Both the position numbers and the translations under genes were made by a program. Below, one piece after another: positions 9,853 through 20,109 of a DNA stretch of 64,000 bases (positions within the stretch are counted from its first letter, which is position 1; each line of letters opens with the position of its first letter). The stretch is from Candidatus Altimarinota bacterium (lineage in GTDB: Bacteria > Patescibacteriota > Gracilibacteria > 1-14-2-50-48-13): the NCBI GenBank assembly GCA_046314355.1, contig JBKBWQ010000001.1, positions 1,120,001 through 1,184,000 of the forward strand. The letters run 5' to 3'. The notes under the pieces are model-generated. The model made no database searches, was not told the origin of the DNA, and worked only from the letters and a program-made list of their open reading frames with translations.

Positions 9853-9996
9853 AATTTATTGAAAAAAGATATGTCCTATTTTTAAATGTAGGAAAATTCT
9901 AACGCAACCGTGCTCTGTTGTTAGCTTTTATAAACATTCTCCTAAATCTTCTATTGATGACTAATGATATGTTTATGTGAAATAGTAAAAAAATAT

Positions 9997-10023
9997 AAAA
10001 AAAGCTCTTTTTATGGAGCTTTT
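9997..10023. terminator. Probable intrinsic terminator after tspO
   Basis: AAAAAAAGCTC-TTTTTATG-GAGCTTTT. Confidence 0.6.
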
Positions 10024-10049
10024 CTCTCACTGTTTAAATATTTTTACGG

Positions 10050-10448
10050 TTACTGCCAGTTAAGATACGTAATACTTAGTTGAAGAAGTGTCGCAAAACT
10101 TACCCAAAGCAAGTATGGAATTTGTGCTAAAGCAATATATTTAGAGTGTTTTTTGATAAGCAGTATGAACCATACTAAGCTTCCAAGCACAATAATGATA
10201 TCAATACTTGCGAGCAGATTATTTCTCAGTCCAAACTGAATAGGTGAATATATAAGATTTGATATGATATTTATAAGCAGAGGAGCAAGAAGCACTAATG
10301 GGTATTTCTTCTTATATATTTGAATGATTGTAAAGCCGAAACTAACTGCAATAATAATATACAATATTGTCCAGACAGGTCCGAATATCCAGGAGGGAGG
10401 TGCAAAAAATGGTTTTATGAGGTCTGAGTAATATGTATATGTGTCCAT
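10050..10448 (-). CDS. tspO: TspO/MBR tryptophan-rich sensory protein
   Basis: Y..L.KP.FAPPSWIFGPVWTILY ... PYLLWVSFAT.L. Confidence 0.93.
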   Translation of the reverse strand: MDTYTYYSDLIKPFFAPPSWIFGPVWTILYIIIAVSFGFTIIQIYKKKYPLVLLAPLLINIISNLIYSPIQFGLRNNLLASIDIIIVLGSLVWFILLIKKHSKYIALAQIPYLLWVSFATLLQLSITYLNWQ

Positions 10449-10505
10449 GGAAAAGAATTAATATTTAATACTTCAGTATAGCACATTTAAAAGGTATATC
10501 GATGT

Positions 10506-11891
10506 CTATTCTGTAATATGAACAATGAAATCTCCAACTTCTTTTCCACGTCCATCAGGATTATTTTTTCGAAAAATCATAGCAGTATCTGTAGTAGCCG
10601 GCAGAGTTTTTATGACATCTGATGTATCTATAATATTCCAGCCTGTGTAATCATTTTCAGGACTCAGCAGAAGTATATTTTTCTCTGGGTAATAAAATTT
10701 TGATACGGTGTAGTCAAAAGGGTTATCCATTACGAGAGTTTCAATATTTTTTACTGCTGGCAAGAGTGTAGAGTAGTCTTTAGAGAGCGGTATATAGTAA
10801 TAAAAAGGTATTATACCGATAAAGTATGCAGCGAATATGAGATACAAGAAGGTTTTATGTAAAACCTTATAGAATGCTGTGACACTACATAGAATAAGAA
10901 ATGCTCCAAAAGGAAGGAGGTACCTCTCAAGATAGAGATTGATACCAAAGACTGGGGCAATATAAATAAGAAAAAATGGTATACATGTAAATGAAAGAAG
11001 AAAATGAATATATTTTTCATTTTTAAATTTCAATTTTGCGATGCACACAACAAAGAGTGAGAAAAGGATAATGGGAGGAAAAAATAGGAAAAAACTATGG
11101 AGTATACTCTCTCCTGCAGTACCAAGTTTATTACCATAATAGAAGATTGCTAGACTCTCAGGAAAACGATTGAGATCTGTTGGAGGTATCCACCCAAATG
11201 AGTTGAGACCATTTAATTGACCTAATAAGAAAGGCAGCCAAGGGAGAAATAGGATAAAGAAAGGTATCAATAGAAGAAGTACTTGAGTAAGTGATCTTTT
11301 AGAAAAAAATGTATTTTTGTTTTCAGTACAGATAAAGAAAAAAGCACTAGCAAAAGCAAGAAGACCAAAGTAATGAGTAAGCGCACCAAGGGCAAAACAA
11401 ATACTAGAAAGTATGAGAGTAATATATTTTTTTTGCTGATATTGAAATCTAAACAATAAAAGTGCGCCAGCAAATACAAAGAAACAGAGCAGGGTATACA
11501 TGCGTGCTTCGGTAGCGTATCCAAGAAAGAAAGGACTCAGCGCAAATACTGCCGTGGCAAGATAGGCTATCTTATCTAAGTAAAACTTTGCAATATGAAA
11601 GAATAGAAATAATGAAAGAACATGAAGAAGCATAGAAAAACTTCTAATACTAAAGGTATCTGATCCCCAAAAAATGCTCCATATTTTTAAAAGGAGATAA
11701 TACAGAGGCGGATGTACGTCATGAATTACTTTATTCCAAAGTTCACCCCAGGGAAGTCGGATAGCAATACCACTGTATGCTTCATCGTACCAAATGTCCC
11801 TCTGTAAAAGCACATATGAAAAAAGAACAAGACAAATGGTAAGTCCAAGAATGAAAAATACATTTTTGTACTTTTGAAAAAATGTAAGCAT
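10506..11891 (-). CDS. GT-C membrane glycosyltransferase (GT39/ArnT/PMT-like)
   Basis: WYDEAYS, DVHPPLYY, EARMY, THYFG, ERYLLP; many TM segments. Confidence 0.88.
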   Translation of the reverse strand: MLTFFQKYKNVFFILGLTICLVLFSYVLLQRDIWYDEAYSGIAIRLPWGELWNKVIHDVHPPLYYLLLKIWSIFWGSDTFSIRSFSMLLHVLSLFLFFHIAKFYLDKIAYLATAVFALSPFFLGYATEARMYTLLCFFVFAGALLLFRFQYQQKKYITLILSSICFALGALTHYFGLLAFASAFFFICTENKNTFFSKRSLTQVLLLLIPFFILFLPWLPFLLGQLNGLNSFGWIPPTDLNRFPESLAIFYYGNKLGTAGESILHSFFLFFPPIILFSLFVVCIAKLKFKNEKYIHFLLSFTCIPFFLIYIAPVFGINLYLERYLLPFGAFLILCSVTAFYKVLHKTFLYLIFAAYFIGIIPFYYYIPLSKDYSTLLPAVKNIETLVMDNPFDYTVSKFYYPEKNILLLSPENDYTGWNIIDTSDVIKTLPATTDTAMIFRKNNPDGRGKEVGDFIVHITE

Positions 11892-11903
11892 AGGTATCTG
11901 ATG

Positions 11904-13487
11904 CTAGTTGATGAAAGGGGTGTCAGAGAGCGCCATATCCTCATGTTTCTGAGCAAAGTTTTGATATGACCATTCGCTTGGGAAGAGCATGACTAGTCTG
12001 TCTAGACTATCTTTTGCGAGTGCTGCTCCCATTGGCAGCGCTGTCTTTGCTTTTGTAAAATCTACTCCTGGTTCTACCCATCGTACCACACTCCATTGTG
12101 TTGTCTCTAATCTGGAATCAGCGCCGTATTCACTTTTCAATCTATACTGCACTACTTCAAACTGAAGAGGTCCGACAGCTCCATAGAGTGTTGTGTAGTT
12201 ATTTGGATATTCAAGCTGGAAAGACTGTACAACACCCTCCTGTAGAAGCTGCTCAAGTCCGTCTCTAAAGCGCTTGTAGTTAGAGGTATCAGGATTCTGA
12301 AGGGTAATAATATGTTCTGGTGCAAAGGGGGGAATTTCTTCATACTTAATACTTGTATCCTCAGTGAGTGTATCACCAATACCAAAGTTTCCTGTACCGA
12401 TGATACCTATTATATCTCCAGGATAAGCTTCATCTACACTTTCTCTTTGTTGTCCGAATACTGTATGTACACTTCCAAGACGGATCTTTTTATCAGTTCT
12501 CATATTTGAAACAAGCATATTTCTCTCGAATTTCCCTGAACAGATTCGTAGAAATGCAATACAGTCTCTATGCTTTGGATCCATATTTGCCTGAATCTTA
12601 AATACAAAGCCAGAGAAAGGTGTAGAATCTGGGTTAATCATTCCTTTTGAAGCCATCCGAGGACCAGGAGGTACTGAATACTCTAAAAACCCATCAAGGA
12701 GCAGCTGTACTCCAAAGTTATTCATAGCGCTTCCAAAAAATACTGGAGTTAGTTCTCCTTTGATAACACGATCAAAATCAAACTTTTCTCCTACTACATC
12801 CAGAAGTTCTACTTCCTCCATGATTTTCTTATGAGTGTCTTCGAAGAATTTTTCTTTGATCATGGGATCATCCAAGCTCGCTATTTCCACTGGCGCTTTA
12901 TATACACCTCCTGTTGTTCTCTCAAAGAGATGAACCTGCTTCTTTAACCGGTCAAATATACCTTTAAATTCAGTTCCAGTTCCGAGAGGCCAGTTGATAG
13001 GGAATGTATCTATCTTTAAAAGCTGCTCAATTTCTTCCAAGAGCTCAAAGGGCTCTCTGCTCGGCCGGTCCATTTTATTGATAAATGTAAAGATTGGAAT
13101 CTGACGTTTTCGGCACACTGCAAAAAGCTTTCTTGTCTGTGTCTCTATACCTTTTGCTCCGTCTATAATCATGATAACCGCGTCAACGGCAGTCAGGATA
13201 CGGTACGTGTCTTCAGAAAAGTCCTGATGTCCAGGTGTGTCTAGAAGGTTAATACGGTAGTTCTCATAGTCAAACTGTAGAACTGTAGAGGTAATAGAGA
13301 TTCCTCTTTTTCGCTCCATTTCCATCCAGTCTGAAGTGGAAGATCTTTGGTGCTTTCTGGCGGTAACAGATCCAGCTTCTTGAACAGCACCTCCGTAGAG
13401 CAGGAATTTTTCTGTTAATGTTGTTTTACCTGCATCAGGATGGGAGATGATGGCAAATGTTCGACGCCGATTTATTTCGCTTTGCAT
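11904..13487 (-). CDS. prfC: Peptide chain release factor 3
   Basis: RRRTFAIISHPDAGKTTLTEK, DTPGHQDFSEDTYR, NKMD, FKIQANMDPKHRD, GAVGPLQFEV. Confidence 0.98.
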   Translation of the reverse strand: MQSEINRRRTFAIISHPDAGKTTLTEKFLLYGGAVQEAGSVTARKHQRSSTSDWMEMERKRGISITSTVLQFDYENYRINLLDTPGHQDFSEDTYRILTAVDAVIMIIDGAKGIETQTRKLFAVCRKRQIPIFTFINKMDRPSREPFELLEEIEQLLKIDTFPINWPLGTGTEFKGIFDRLKKQVHLFERTTGGVYKAPVEIASLDDPMIKEKFFEDTHKKIMEEVELLDVVGEKFDFDRVIKGELTPVFFGSAMNNFGVQLLLDGFLEYSVPPGPRMASKGMINPDSTPFSGFVFKIQANMDPKHRDCIAFLRICSGKFERNMLVSNMRTDKKIRLGSVHTVFGQQRESVDEAYPGDIIGIIGTGNFGIGDTLTEDTSIKYEEIPPFAPEHIITLQNPDTSNYKRFRDGLEQLLQEGVVQSFQLEYPNNYTTLYGAVGPLQFEVVQYRLKSEYGADSRLETTQWSVVRWVEPGVDFTKAKTALPMGAALAKDSLDRLVMLFPSEWSYQNFAQKHEDMALSDTPFIN

Positions 13488-13700
13488 AAGGGAATGCCAG
13501 AGATCTAGAATAGAAAAAATATATAGAATGCAGAGGGTATTAGCAACATTTTATATGAAAATATATAAATAACATATTTTTTAGAAAAATCAAATACTGA
13601 CGAATAATATTTACTGGAAACAATTTATGTGTTTTTTAGTATGCATGAAACTTGAAAGATATTTGAAAAGGTTTATGATTCTTATTATTTATTACCCCAT

Positions 13701-14213
13701 ATGCTTATGAAAAAGATACTTGCGACTGGAATTGCAGTGTTTTTACTTACGCTTTCGGCATCAATTGCTTCCGCAAACGATGGAAATGAAGGAATGATAC
13801 GTATGGCAGGGACTACTCTTAATGTGCGTTCTAGCGCTGGAGTGGCGAATAACCTTATAGGATACTTAAATACATTTGATAAAGTCACGGTATGGAGCAA
13901 ATCAAGTGATGGAGCGTGGTGTAAGATTTCTTTTAAAAACTCGACAGCATGGGTCGCATGCAGATACCTAATGAAAGAGGTAAATCATGAAGATAAGAAA
14001 GATCATGATAAAAATGATAATAGGAAAGATGGAATGACAGTCACTTCAGCACTAAATGTGCGTTCAACTCCAGCTGTTGCAGATAATAGAATAGGTTATC
14101 TAAATATTGGTGATCGAGTTTGGGTAAAAGAGAAGTCCAGTAATGGACTTTGGTGTAAGATAGATTTTAATGGTAGAGAAGCATGGATTGCTTGTGCTTA
14201 TCTGAAAGGATAA
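13701..14213 (+). CDS. Secreted protein with two bacterial SH3 domains
   Basis: Signal peptide; two copies of LNVRS..GVA.N.IGYLN..D.V.V..KSS.G.WCKI.F....AW.AC.YL joined by a charged linker. Confidence 0.88.
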   Translation: MLMKKILATGIAVFLLTLSASIASANDGNEGMIRMAGTTLNVRSSAGVANNLIGYLNTFDKVTVWSKSSDGAWCKISFKNSTAWVACRYLMKEVNHEDKKDHDKNDNRKDGMTVTSALNVRSTPAVADNRIGYLNIGDRVWVKEKSSNGLWCKIDFNGREAWIACAYLKG

Positions 14214-14220
14214 TTTTACA

Positions 14221-14257
14221 AAAGGAGTCTTCGTCATTTGGTGGAGGCTCCTTTTTT
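14221..14257 (+). terminator. Intrinsic terminator
   Basis: AAAGGAGTCTTC...GGAGGCTCCTTTTTT. Confidence 0.75.
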
Positions 14258-14268
14258 ATGAAAGCTAT

Positions 14269-14769
14269 ATGGCATTTGATTACTCTCTCAATTATAAACA
14301 TCTGGATCTAAGAAAACATCCTGAACTCTATCGTATAGGTAAGGGCGAACAGGGTGTACTTTTAGTGGAACCTTACAAGACAGAAATCTTACAATATTGG
14401 AGATTTAAAACGAAGGAGATAGCAAGAGCATCCAGCGAAAAAATCTATGAACTTTTTTTAGAATATTTAAAAAATGAAGATTTTGTAGGTGCAGATATGT
14501 CTAAAAAGTTCCTTCAAATGGGTTATACAAGAGCAAGGCGCTATGCTAATCACAAGAGCGGACAAAAGTATGAATCAAATCCGCAAAAGAAAATGACTAA
14601 GGTAGAAGAGAAAAAAGCTAGGGAACAGACTCTTCCTCAGGAAGAAGATTGGAAAGATAATGAAAAGGCTCAAGCAGCAGAAATATTTAAAGAAAAATGG
14701 TATAGAGCAAAGGATAATGCTCTATACCTTACATTGAAACAGCGGCATCTTGAGAAGTATGGACACTGA
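14269..14769 (+). CDS. DUF4385 family protein
   Basis: YRIGKGEQGVLLVEPYK, DFVGADMSKKFLQMGYTRARRYANHKSG. Confidence 0.88.
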   Translation: MAFDYSLNYKHLDLRKHPELYRIGKGEQGVLLVEPYKTEILQYWRFKTKEIARASSEKIYELFLEYLKNEDFVGADMSKKFLQMGYTRARRYANHKSGQKYESNPQKKMTKVEEKKAREQTLPQEEDWKDNEKAQAAEIFKEKWYRAKDNALYLTLKQRHLEKYGH

Positions 14770-14771
14770 CC

Positions 14772-16250
14772 TTATCTAATCTCTTTAAAGTCAATAAATC
14801 CTCTCTCTACATCTGTATGTACAAGCTGTACCTGCAGGCGGTCTCCTACATCAAGACCCTTTGATGGATTCATGAGTTTTCCTTCAATCGGAGGATAAAG
14901 AAGACGTACCCACATGGAGCGTTCCGTTGCACCTGTGACGAGTGCGTTAAATTTTTCTCCAATCTTTGTTTCCATTAAGATAGCATTGGCTGATTTAGTC
15001 ATCTGCCGTTCAACTTTCTTTGCTTCATCTTCTCCTACTGTACAGTGTGCTGCAAGCTCTAAGAGCTCATCCTTGTTGTATGGCATAGGTGCATCAACGA
15101 GAGCTGCTTTAAGTAATCTCTGAGTAATGATATCAGGGTATCTTCTATTTGGAGCCGTAGAGTGGGAATAATCTTTGATAGCTAGTCCGAAATGTCCTAT
15201 GGGTTTTTCGTTTGGAAATTCTATCACATATTCACCAGGTCCTAATAGCTTAATAACACTGAGCGAGAGGTCCGGAAACCGGAGGCTGTCTGTATTGTGA
15301 GCTTTGCGAAGGAAAAGGTCTAATGCTTCTGAATCGGGTACTTCCGGAAGAGTATGTCCCCATTCTTTTGCAAGTTCCATAATTCTATCCCATCTCTTTG
15401 GTACACGGACTATTCTACGTACTGAGGGAAGATTTTTTGCAAAAAGGTACCGCGCGCTAACTCCGTTTGCAGCAACCATAAACTCCTCTATGAGATTCTT
15501 AGCACTATTTGATTTTTCAATACTCAGTTCTTTGACCTTCTCTCCTTCAAAGACTGCTTTGGTTTTGATTGTATTAAAATTCAGGGAACCGTTTCTTTGT
15601 CTCAGTGCTTTAAGATCATCTGCAACCTTATGCTGCAGCCGTATGTTTTCTTCTAAACCTGGGATGTCTTTAATGTTTTCAGGAACAGGCTCTTCATTGT
15701 CTAGCCAGGGTGCGACACTATTGTAGGCAAGTTTTGCATGATTATTTACACGTGCTCTATAAATTTTTGAATCTACTAAAGTACCGTCTTTTGCGATGGT
15801 CATTTCAAATACTACTGCAAGTCTATCCTCATTTAAGTTGAGAGATGTAAGATTTGTAGAAAGTTTTACAGGAAGCATAGGAAATATCTCTGCGTCTGTA
15901 TAAACAGATGTTGTATTATGCTTTGCATGCTGATCAATAGCACTATCTTTCTTTACAAGTGCGTCTACATCAGCAATAGCTACTAATATTTTTGTTTGTG
16001 ATGCATCAATAGGGATAGCTACTGTCAGCTGATCTAGATCAAGAGAATCATCATTGTCGATAGAACACCACAAAAGCTGCCGTAAGTCCTGTATGGATGG
16101 GTCAGTAGCTTCTGCTGGACCGTGGATATTCTCTAATTCTCGAAATACTTCCTGTGAAAACTCTGGGTAAAATCCTCTATCTGCCATTGCAAATTCAGCA
16201 ATATTCTGCAGCAATGCTCGGTCTTCTTTGTTGTTTGTGTTTTGATTCAT
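14772..16250 (-). CDS. RNase II/R family (RNB + S1) exoribonuclease, short form
   Basis: SIDNDDSLDLDQ catalytic motif, IEEFMVAAN, HSTAPNRRYPDII, C-terminal S1-like; lacks N-terminal CSDs; track start 16322. Confidence 0.92.
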   Translation of the reverse strand: MNQNTNNKEDRALLQNIAEFAMADRGFYPEFSQEVFRELENIHGPAEATDPSIQDLRQLLWCSIDNDDSLDLDQLTVAIPIDASQTKILVAIADVDALVKKDSAIDQHAKHNTTSVYTDAEIFPMLPVKLSTNLTSLNLNEDRLAVVFEMTIAKDGTLVDSKIYRARVNNHAKLAYNSVAPWLDNEEPVPENIKDIPGLEENIRLQHKVADDLKALRQRNGSLNFNTIKTKAVFEGEKVKELSIEKSNSAKNLIEEFMVAANGVSARYLFAKNLPSVRRIVRVPKRWDRIMELAKEWGHTLPEVPDSEALDLFLRKAHNTDSLRFPDLSLSVIKLLGPGEYVIEFPNEKPIGHFGLAIKDYSHSTAPNRRYPDIITQRLLKAALVDAPMPYNKDELLELAAHCTVGEDEAKKVERQMTKSANAILMETKIGEKFNALVTGATERSMWVRLLYPPIEGKLMNPSKGLDVGDRLQVQLVHTDVERGFIDFKEIR

Positions 16251-16405
16251 AGTAAGAGAGATAGTAGAAATACTAATACTATATAATACCATACTTTTCT
16301 TTCGCGGATCAAAATTACTCACTTAGAAGAAGAAAATAGTTTGTAAAAATAACAGCATGTTCTATGATGAGGGATGGTCTTTGGTAACATATTAATCTTG
16401 AGTAT

Positions 16406-17551
16406 ATGGGTATAATAAAAAAAGGAGGATGCGGTATGTTCATATGGCTATTCATAGGTGCTGCAGCAACGTTTGGATACTGTAATGCCTTTGGATGTAA
16501 AATACAGGAAGTAGCAGTATCTTCCTTTGATGAGTGTGTAAAAGAAGGGTTCTTTGTTGATGATTCTGATCCAGCAAAATGTATTATTACTAAAGATAAA
16601 ATATTTGAACAGCCCGCTCAGCATATAAAAGTGAGTGCTCCTAAAGCAGCGCAATATATGGTCTCACCTTTTACGATAAAAGGAGAGGCTCTGGTACAGA
16701 ATAATACGGTATATTACCGTCTATTATCTGAGGATGGAAAAGTGATGAGTGAAGGTTCTCAAAAAACCGCAAGTCCTGAGCATGGAAGATATGGGGCTTA
16801 TTCTATGAAAATAAATTTTCAGAAAGGAACGTATGAGGAAGGAAAAGTAGTACTTTATGAAAAAAACCCAGAAGGGAAGGAAGAGAGTCTCGTGGAGATT
16901 CCTGTGAGTTTTGTAAGTAATGTAAATGCAAATACTGCTCAGGCTGAGGACATGAATCCTTTAAAAAATGATGTAGAAGTGGCAGTTTCAAAGACATTGG
17001 AGATACCTTTTACACCTCAGGCTCCTTTTGCTGACTGGAATAGTACTTTTAATGAAGCATGCGAGGAGGCAAGTCTTTTAATGGTAGAGTACTTTCTGCA
17101 AGAAAAAGAATTGAATCCTACAGTTGCAACCTCTGAGATTACACTTCTTGTGGACTGGGAGGAAAAAAATGGGCATGAGGAAGATGTCAATATCCAGGAT
17201 CTGGCAGGAATAGCAGAGTCTTACTATAACCGTAAGGCAACAACTTTCAGTGATGATGAGGTAAGTATTGAAAATATAAAAAAACTTATATCAGGCGGCT
17301 ATCCAGTAATTGTTCCAGCTGCAGGTAAGCTGCTTAAAAATCCACACTATAGAGGAGATGGTCCTCCGTATCACATGTTAGTGATCGTGGGGTATGATGA
17401 AGAAAATTTTTTCACTAATGATCCAGGTACAAAACAGGGAGAAAAATATATGTATACTCAGGATACAATTATAAATGCTATCCATGACTGGACGGGGAAC
17501 AAAAATACGATTGAAGATGGGAAGAAGGCAATGATGATTGTGGAAAAATGA
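16406..17551 (+). CDS. Membrane-anchored Gmad2-like Ig domain + C39-like cysteine peptidase
   Basis: N-terminal TM; SFDECV...C; SPFTIKGEA Ig-like domain; IPFTPQAP...ACEEASLLM, YHMLVIVGYD, NDPG. Confidence 0.8.
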   Translation: MGIIKKGGCGMFIWLFIGAAATFGYCNAFGCKIQEVAVSSFDECVKEGFFVDDSDPAKCIITKDKIFEQPAQHIKVSAPKAAQYMVSPFTIKGEALVQNNTVYYRLLSEDGKVMSEGSQKTASPEHGRYGAYSMKINFQKGTYEEGKVVLYEKNPEGKEESLVEIPVSFVSNVNANTAQAEDMNPLKNDVEVAVSKTLEIPFTPQAPFADWNSTFNEACEEASLLMVEYFLQEKELNPTVATSEITLLVDWEEKNGHEEDVNIQDLAGIAESYYNRKATTFSDDEVSIENIKKLISGGYPVIVPAAGKLLKNPHYRGDGPPYHMLVIVGYDEENFFTNDPGTKQGEKYMYTQDTIINAIHDWTGNKNTIEDGKKAMMIVEK

Positions 17552-17634
17552 TTATGTTTAAGCTTAAAAGTTTTAAAGACTCCAAAGCTGTTATTTCTAT
17601 TTTAGTTTCTTGTGCTAGTCGGAATATTCAAAGA

Positions 17635-17994
17635 TTATCTATTTAATAATTCAATGCCGGTTTCTATAGTATTCACAAAGAATAAGTGCTTACCTTTATT
17701 ACATTCAAAAATAAAAGCATTTAAACTTTCACTCTCCACATTACTAAAATCTCCAATAATAGCAGCATGGAGATCATAATTAACCATTTTCTGCATTATG
17801 TCTCCTGCAAGCTTTGTCTTTAAGTCAAAAAAATCAGGCGTCATATTTTTCTGATACAGAATAACTTTGTATATTCCTTCTCCTGAGAAGTCCATCATCA
17901 GGTCTATAGCATCACGAGAGCTATTTACAATGATAGCCTCTGATGTAATTTCAGCTATTTTTCCATTATCCTTTTCGTGAAATATGGTGTTCAT
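17635..17994 (-). CDS. DUF4180 family protein
   Basis: DFFDLKTKLAGDIMQKMVNY...AIIGDFS...FIFECNKG. Confidence 0.88.
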   Translation of the reverse strand: MNTIFHEKDNGKIAEITSEAIIVNSSRDAIDLMMDFSGEGIYKVILYQKNMTPDFFDLKTKLAGDIMQKMVNYDLHAAIIGDFSNVESESLNAFIFECNKGKHLFFVNTIETGIELLNR

Positions 17995-18446
17995 AGTTTT
18001 TGATTTGAAGGAGCATGATCTTCTATCAAACCTAGATGAATTCCGTGTTCTAAGTATGCTTTAAGTCCTGAAAGTACAAAGGAAAAACCACCTGTGGAAT
18101 CTCTTACTTGAGCAATTATTTCTTCTTTGCTGCCTTGAAAACCTCGATTAATAATACTGACAAAGGTATGACCATTCATAGCTGTAAAGGTCCATTCTAC
18201 TTCGGTCTGCTCATCCTTATCACCCCATGCTACTTTGATAGTGTGATTTTGGATAATTGATAACACGGTAACTGAAGTAGATACATTGTACATTTCCCAT
18301 GTCCACTCAACGGTTTTACCCTCTTTCAGGGAACCAGAACTTTTTGTGAACCAAAAATTTTCTGTAATTTTAGGATTGATAAAAGCTTCAAATACTTCCT
18401 GTACAGGTTTTCTTATGAGCATTTCTGCTTTTGCATAATCTTCCAT
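17991..18446 (-). CDS. SRPBCC/AHSA1 (START-like) protein
   Basis: IRKPVQEVFEAFINP.IT..FWF...SG.L..GKTV.W.W; L..LKAYLEHG. Confidence 0.9.
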   Translation of the reverse strand: MEDYAKAEMLIRKPVQEVFEAFINPKITENFWFTKSSGSLKEGKTVEWTWEMYNVSTSVTVLSIIQNHTIKVAWGDKDEQTEVEWTFTAMNGHTFVSIINRGFQGSKEEIIAQVRDSTGGFSFVLSGLKAYLEHGIHLGLIEDHAPSNQKL

Positions 18447-18479
18447 ATTACTCAGAGAATCAGTAAAAATTATAATAAA

Positions 18480-19373
18480 TTATTCACCTCTAAATGCAGC
18501 CTCAAGCTTGGCTTTATCTAGCTTTACCATATCGAACATAGCATGGATAACTCTGTCATTAGCAGCCTTATCATCACTATTGGAGATCTCCTCCTGGTTG
18601 CTTGGGACGATCTGCCAAGAGACTCCAAACTTATCTTTGAGCCATCCGCACTGTTCAGTTTTACCTTCCTTTGAAAAGGCATCCCAAAAGTGATCAATTT
18701 CTTCCTGAGTATCACAATTGACCATAAATGAAATGGCTGAAGGGAAAGTAAACTTATGGTCCAAAGCACTGTCCATAGCTGTAAAATGCTGTCCTGCAAG
18801 AGTAAAAGCACCATGCATTATAGTACCTGCCTTATCAGCTCCGCCTTCTGGATAACGTGCAGTCACACGTATCTCGGAATTTTCAAAAAGGGAAGTATAA
18901 AAATTCATGGCTTCCTCTGCTCTTCCGCACTGTTCTTTCACAAACAAAAAACTTGGAACTATTCTCTGCTTAGACTCTCCGCAGTAAAGCTGCCAAGTCA
19001 CGCCATACTTATCCTGCAGCCAGCCATATTTTTTACTAAACGGGTATTCACCAAGCTCCATCATTGCAAATCCGCCATCTATGAGTTTATTCCATACTTC
19101 ATCTAACTCTTCTGGCGTATCAAATCCTACATAAAAAGAAATAGCTGGAGACATAGGAAATCCGGGTCCCCCATTGAGTGCCATAAACTGATATCCTTCA
19201 AGCTCAAAATCAAGAGTCATGAGAGAGCCTTCAGGCTGTCCTGAGACTTTTGCACCCTCCTCATTATAATAGGCTGATTTACCAATTTTTGAATTCTTAA
19301 AGATAGATGTATAAAAGTCTACAGCTTTGTCTGCATCTTTTTCAAACCAGAAGAAAGGGATAATCTTTTGCAT
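18480..19373 (-). CDS. VOC family, tandem PhnB/3-demethylubiquinone-9 3-methyltransferase-like domains
   Basis: Two repeats KI.P...F...A..A..FY.S.F ... GWL.DK(Y/F)GV.WQ. Confidence 0.9.
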   Translation of the reverse strand: MQKIIPFFWFEKDADKAVDFYTSIFKNSKIGKSAYYNEEGAKVSGQPEGSLMTLDFELEGYQFMALNGGPGFPMSPAISFYVGFDTPEELDEVWNKLIDGGFAMMELGEYPFSKKYGWLQDKYGVTWQLYCGESKQRIVPSFLFVKEQCGRAEEAMNFYTSLFENSEIRVTARYPEGGADKAGTIMHGAFTLAGQHFTAMDSALDHKFTFPSAISFMVNCDTQEEIDHFWDAFSKEGKTEQCGWLKDKFGVSWQIVPSNQEEISNSDDKAANDRVIHAMFDMVKLDKAKLEAAFRGE

Positions 19374-19480
19374 AATATGAGTATAAAATGAAGTATTGAG
19401 TTTAATAAGTTATCATAGCAAAGGTAGTGTTTTTTCGCAAAGCATGTGCAAAATTAATGCGTTTTAATGTGTTGATTTCC

Positions 19481-19864
19481 TCAAATAGACTCTGCAAAAG
19501 TAAAAATATATCCATTAGGATCTTTCATGTAAAATTCTCGTGTACCATAGAAAGTAGTATGCATTTCTTTCACAATGTCAGCCTTGTGATCCTTTACCTT
19601 TTTATACAGACTCTCTGCATTTTCTACGTCTACATATAGTGTCAGGGAAGCTCCGATAGGGATATTTGTTAATTCAGATATACCCTCAGCAAGGCTCTCA
19701 GGCTTCTCAATCATAATCTGTATTTCTCCTATCTCCAAGAGTGCCCAAACCGGCTCTCCGTCTATAGGTATAATAGATTGAATCTTTGCATCAAACACAT
19801 CTTTATAAAAAGCGAGAGAAGTTTTCATATCTTTGACCATGAGATTTGGACGAAGTTTTTTCAT
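19481..19864 (-). CDS. VOC/glyoxalase-bleomycin resistance family protein
   Basis: PNLMVKDM..SLAFY; YGTREFYMKDPNGY. Confidence 0.9.
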   Translation of the reverse strand: MKKLRPNLMVKDMKTSLAFYKDVFDAKIQSIIPIDGEPVWALLEIGEIQIMIEKPESLAEGISELTNIPIGASLTLYVDVENAESLYKKVKDHKADIVKEMHTTFYGTREFYMKDPNGYIFTFAESI

Positions 19865-19924
19865 AAATTAAATATGAATTAGTAGTACTATCTATTGTAG
19901 CATAATTTTTATACAAAAATACGT

Positions 19925-19979
19925 TATGTGCAGGATGCACCAATGGGAAGATACTGTGTGGATGAAGTGTATATTGAGG
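19925..19979 (+). repeat. Degenerate 55-bp repeat, copy A (probable gene remnant)
   Basis: 44/55 identical and ungapped versus 20716-20770; second shared block GGGCGGA(G/A)TTATTC at 20032-20045. Confidence 0.75.
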
Positions 19980-20056
19980 ATTTGAGCGAGGCTAGAGATA
20001 GCATTTGAGGTAGCAGGAGTTATAAAGGGGAGGGCGGAGTTATTCAATTGTAATAT

Positions 20057-20091
20057 AAAAAAAGCACTCAATAATTTATTATTTGAGTGCT
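20057..20091 (-). terminator. Intrinsic terminator after HIT gene
   Basis: AGCACTCAA...TTGAGTGCT stem with A-run on the left (T-run on the minus strand). Confidence 0.75.
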
Positions 20092-20109
20092 ATATGAAAA
20101 ACCAGTGAG

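Noticed and set aside
9897-9927. Integron attC site (CTAAC...GTTAG)
   Set aside because: Only ~30 bp, too short for an attC; no L boxes, no second copy and no integron integrase.
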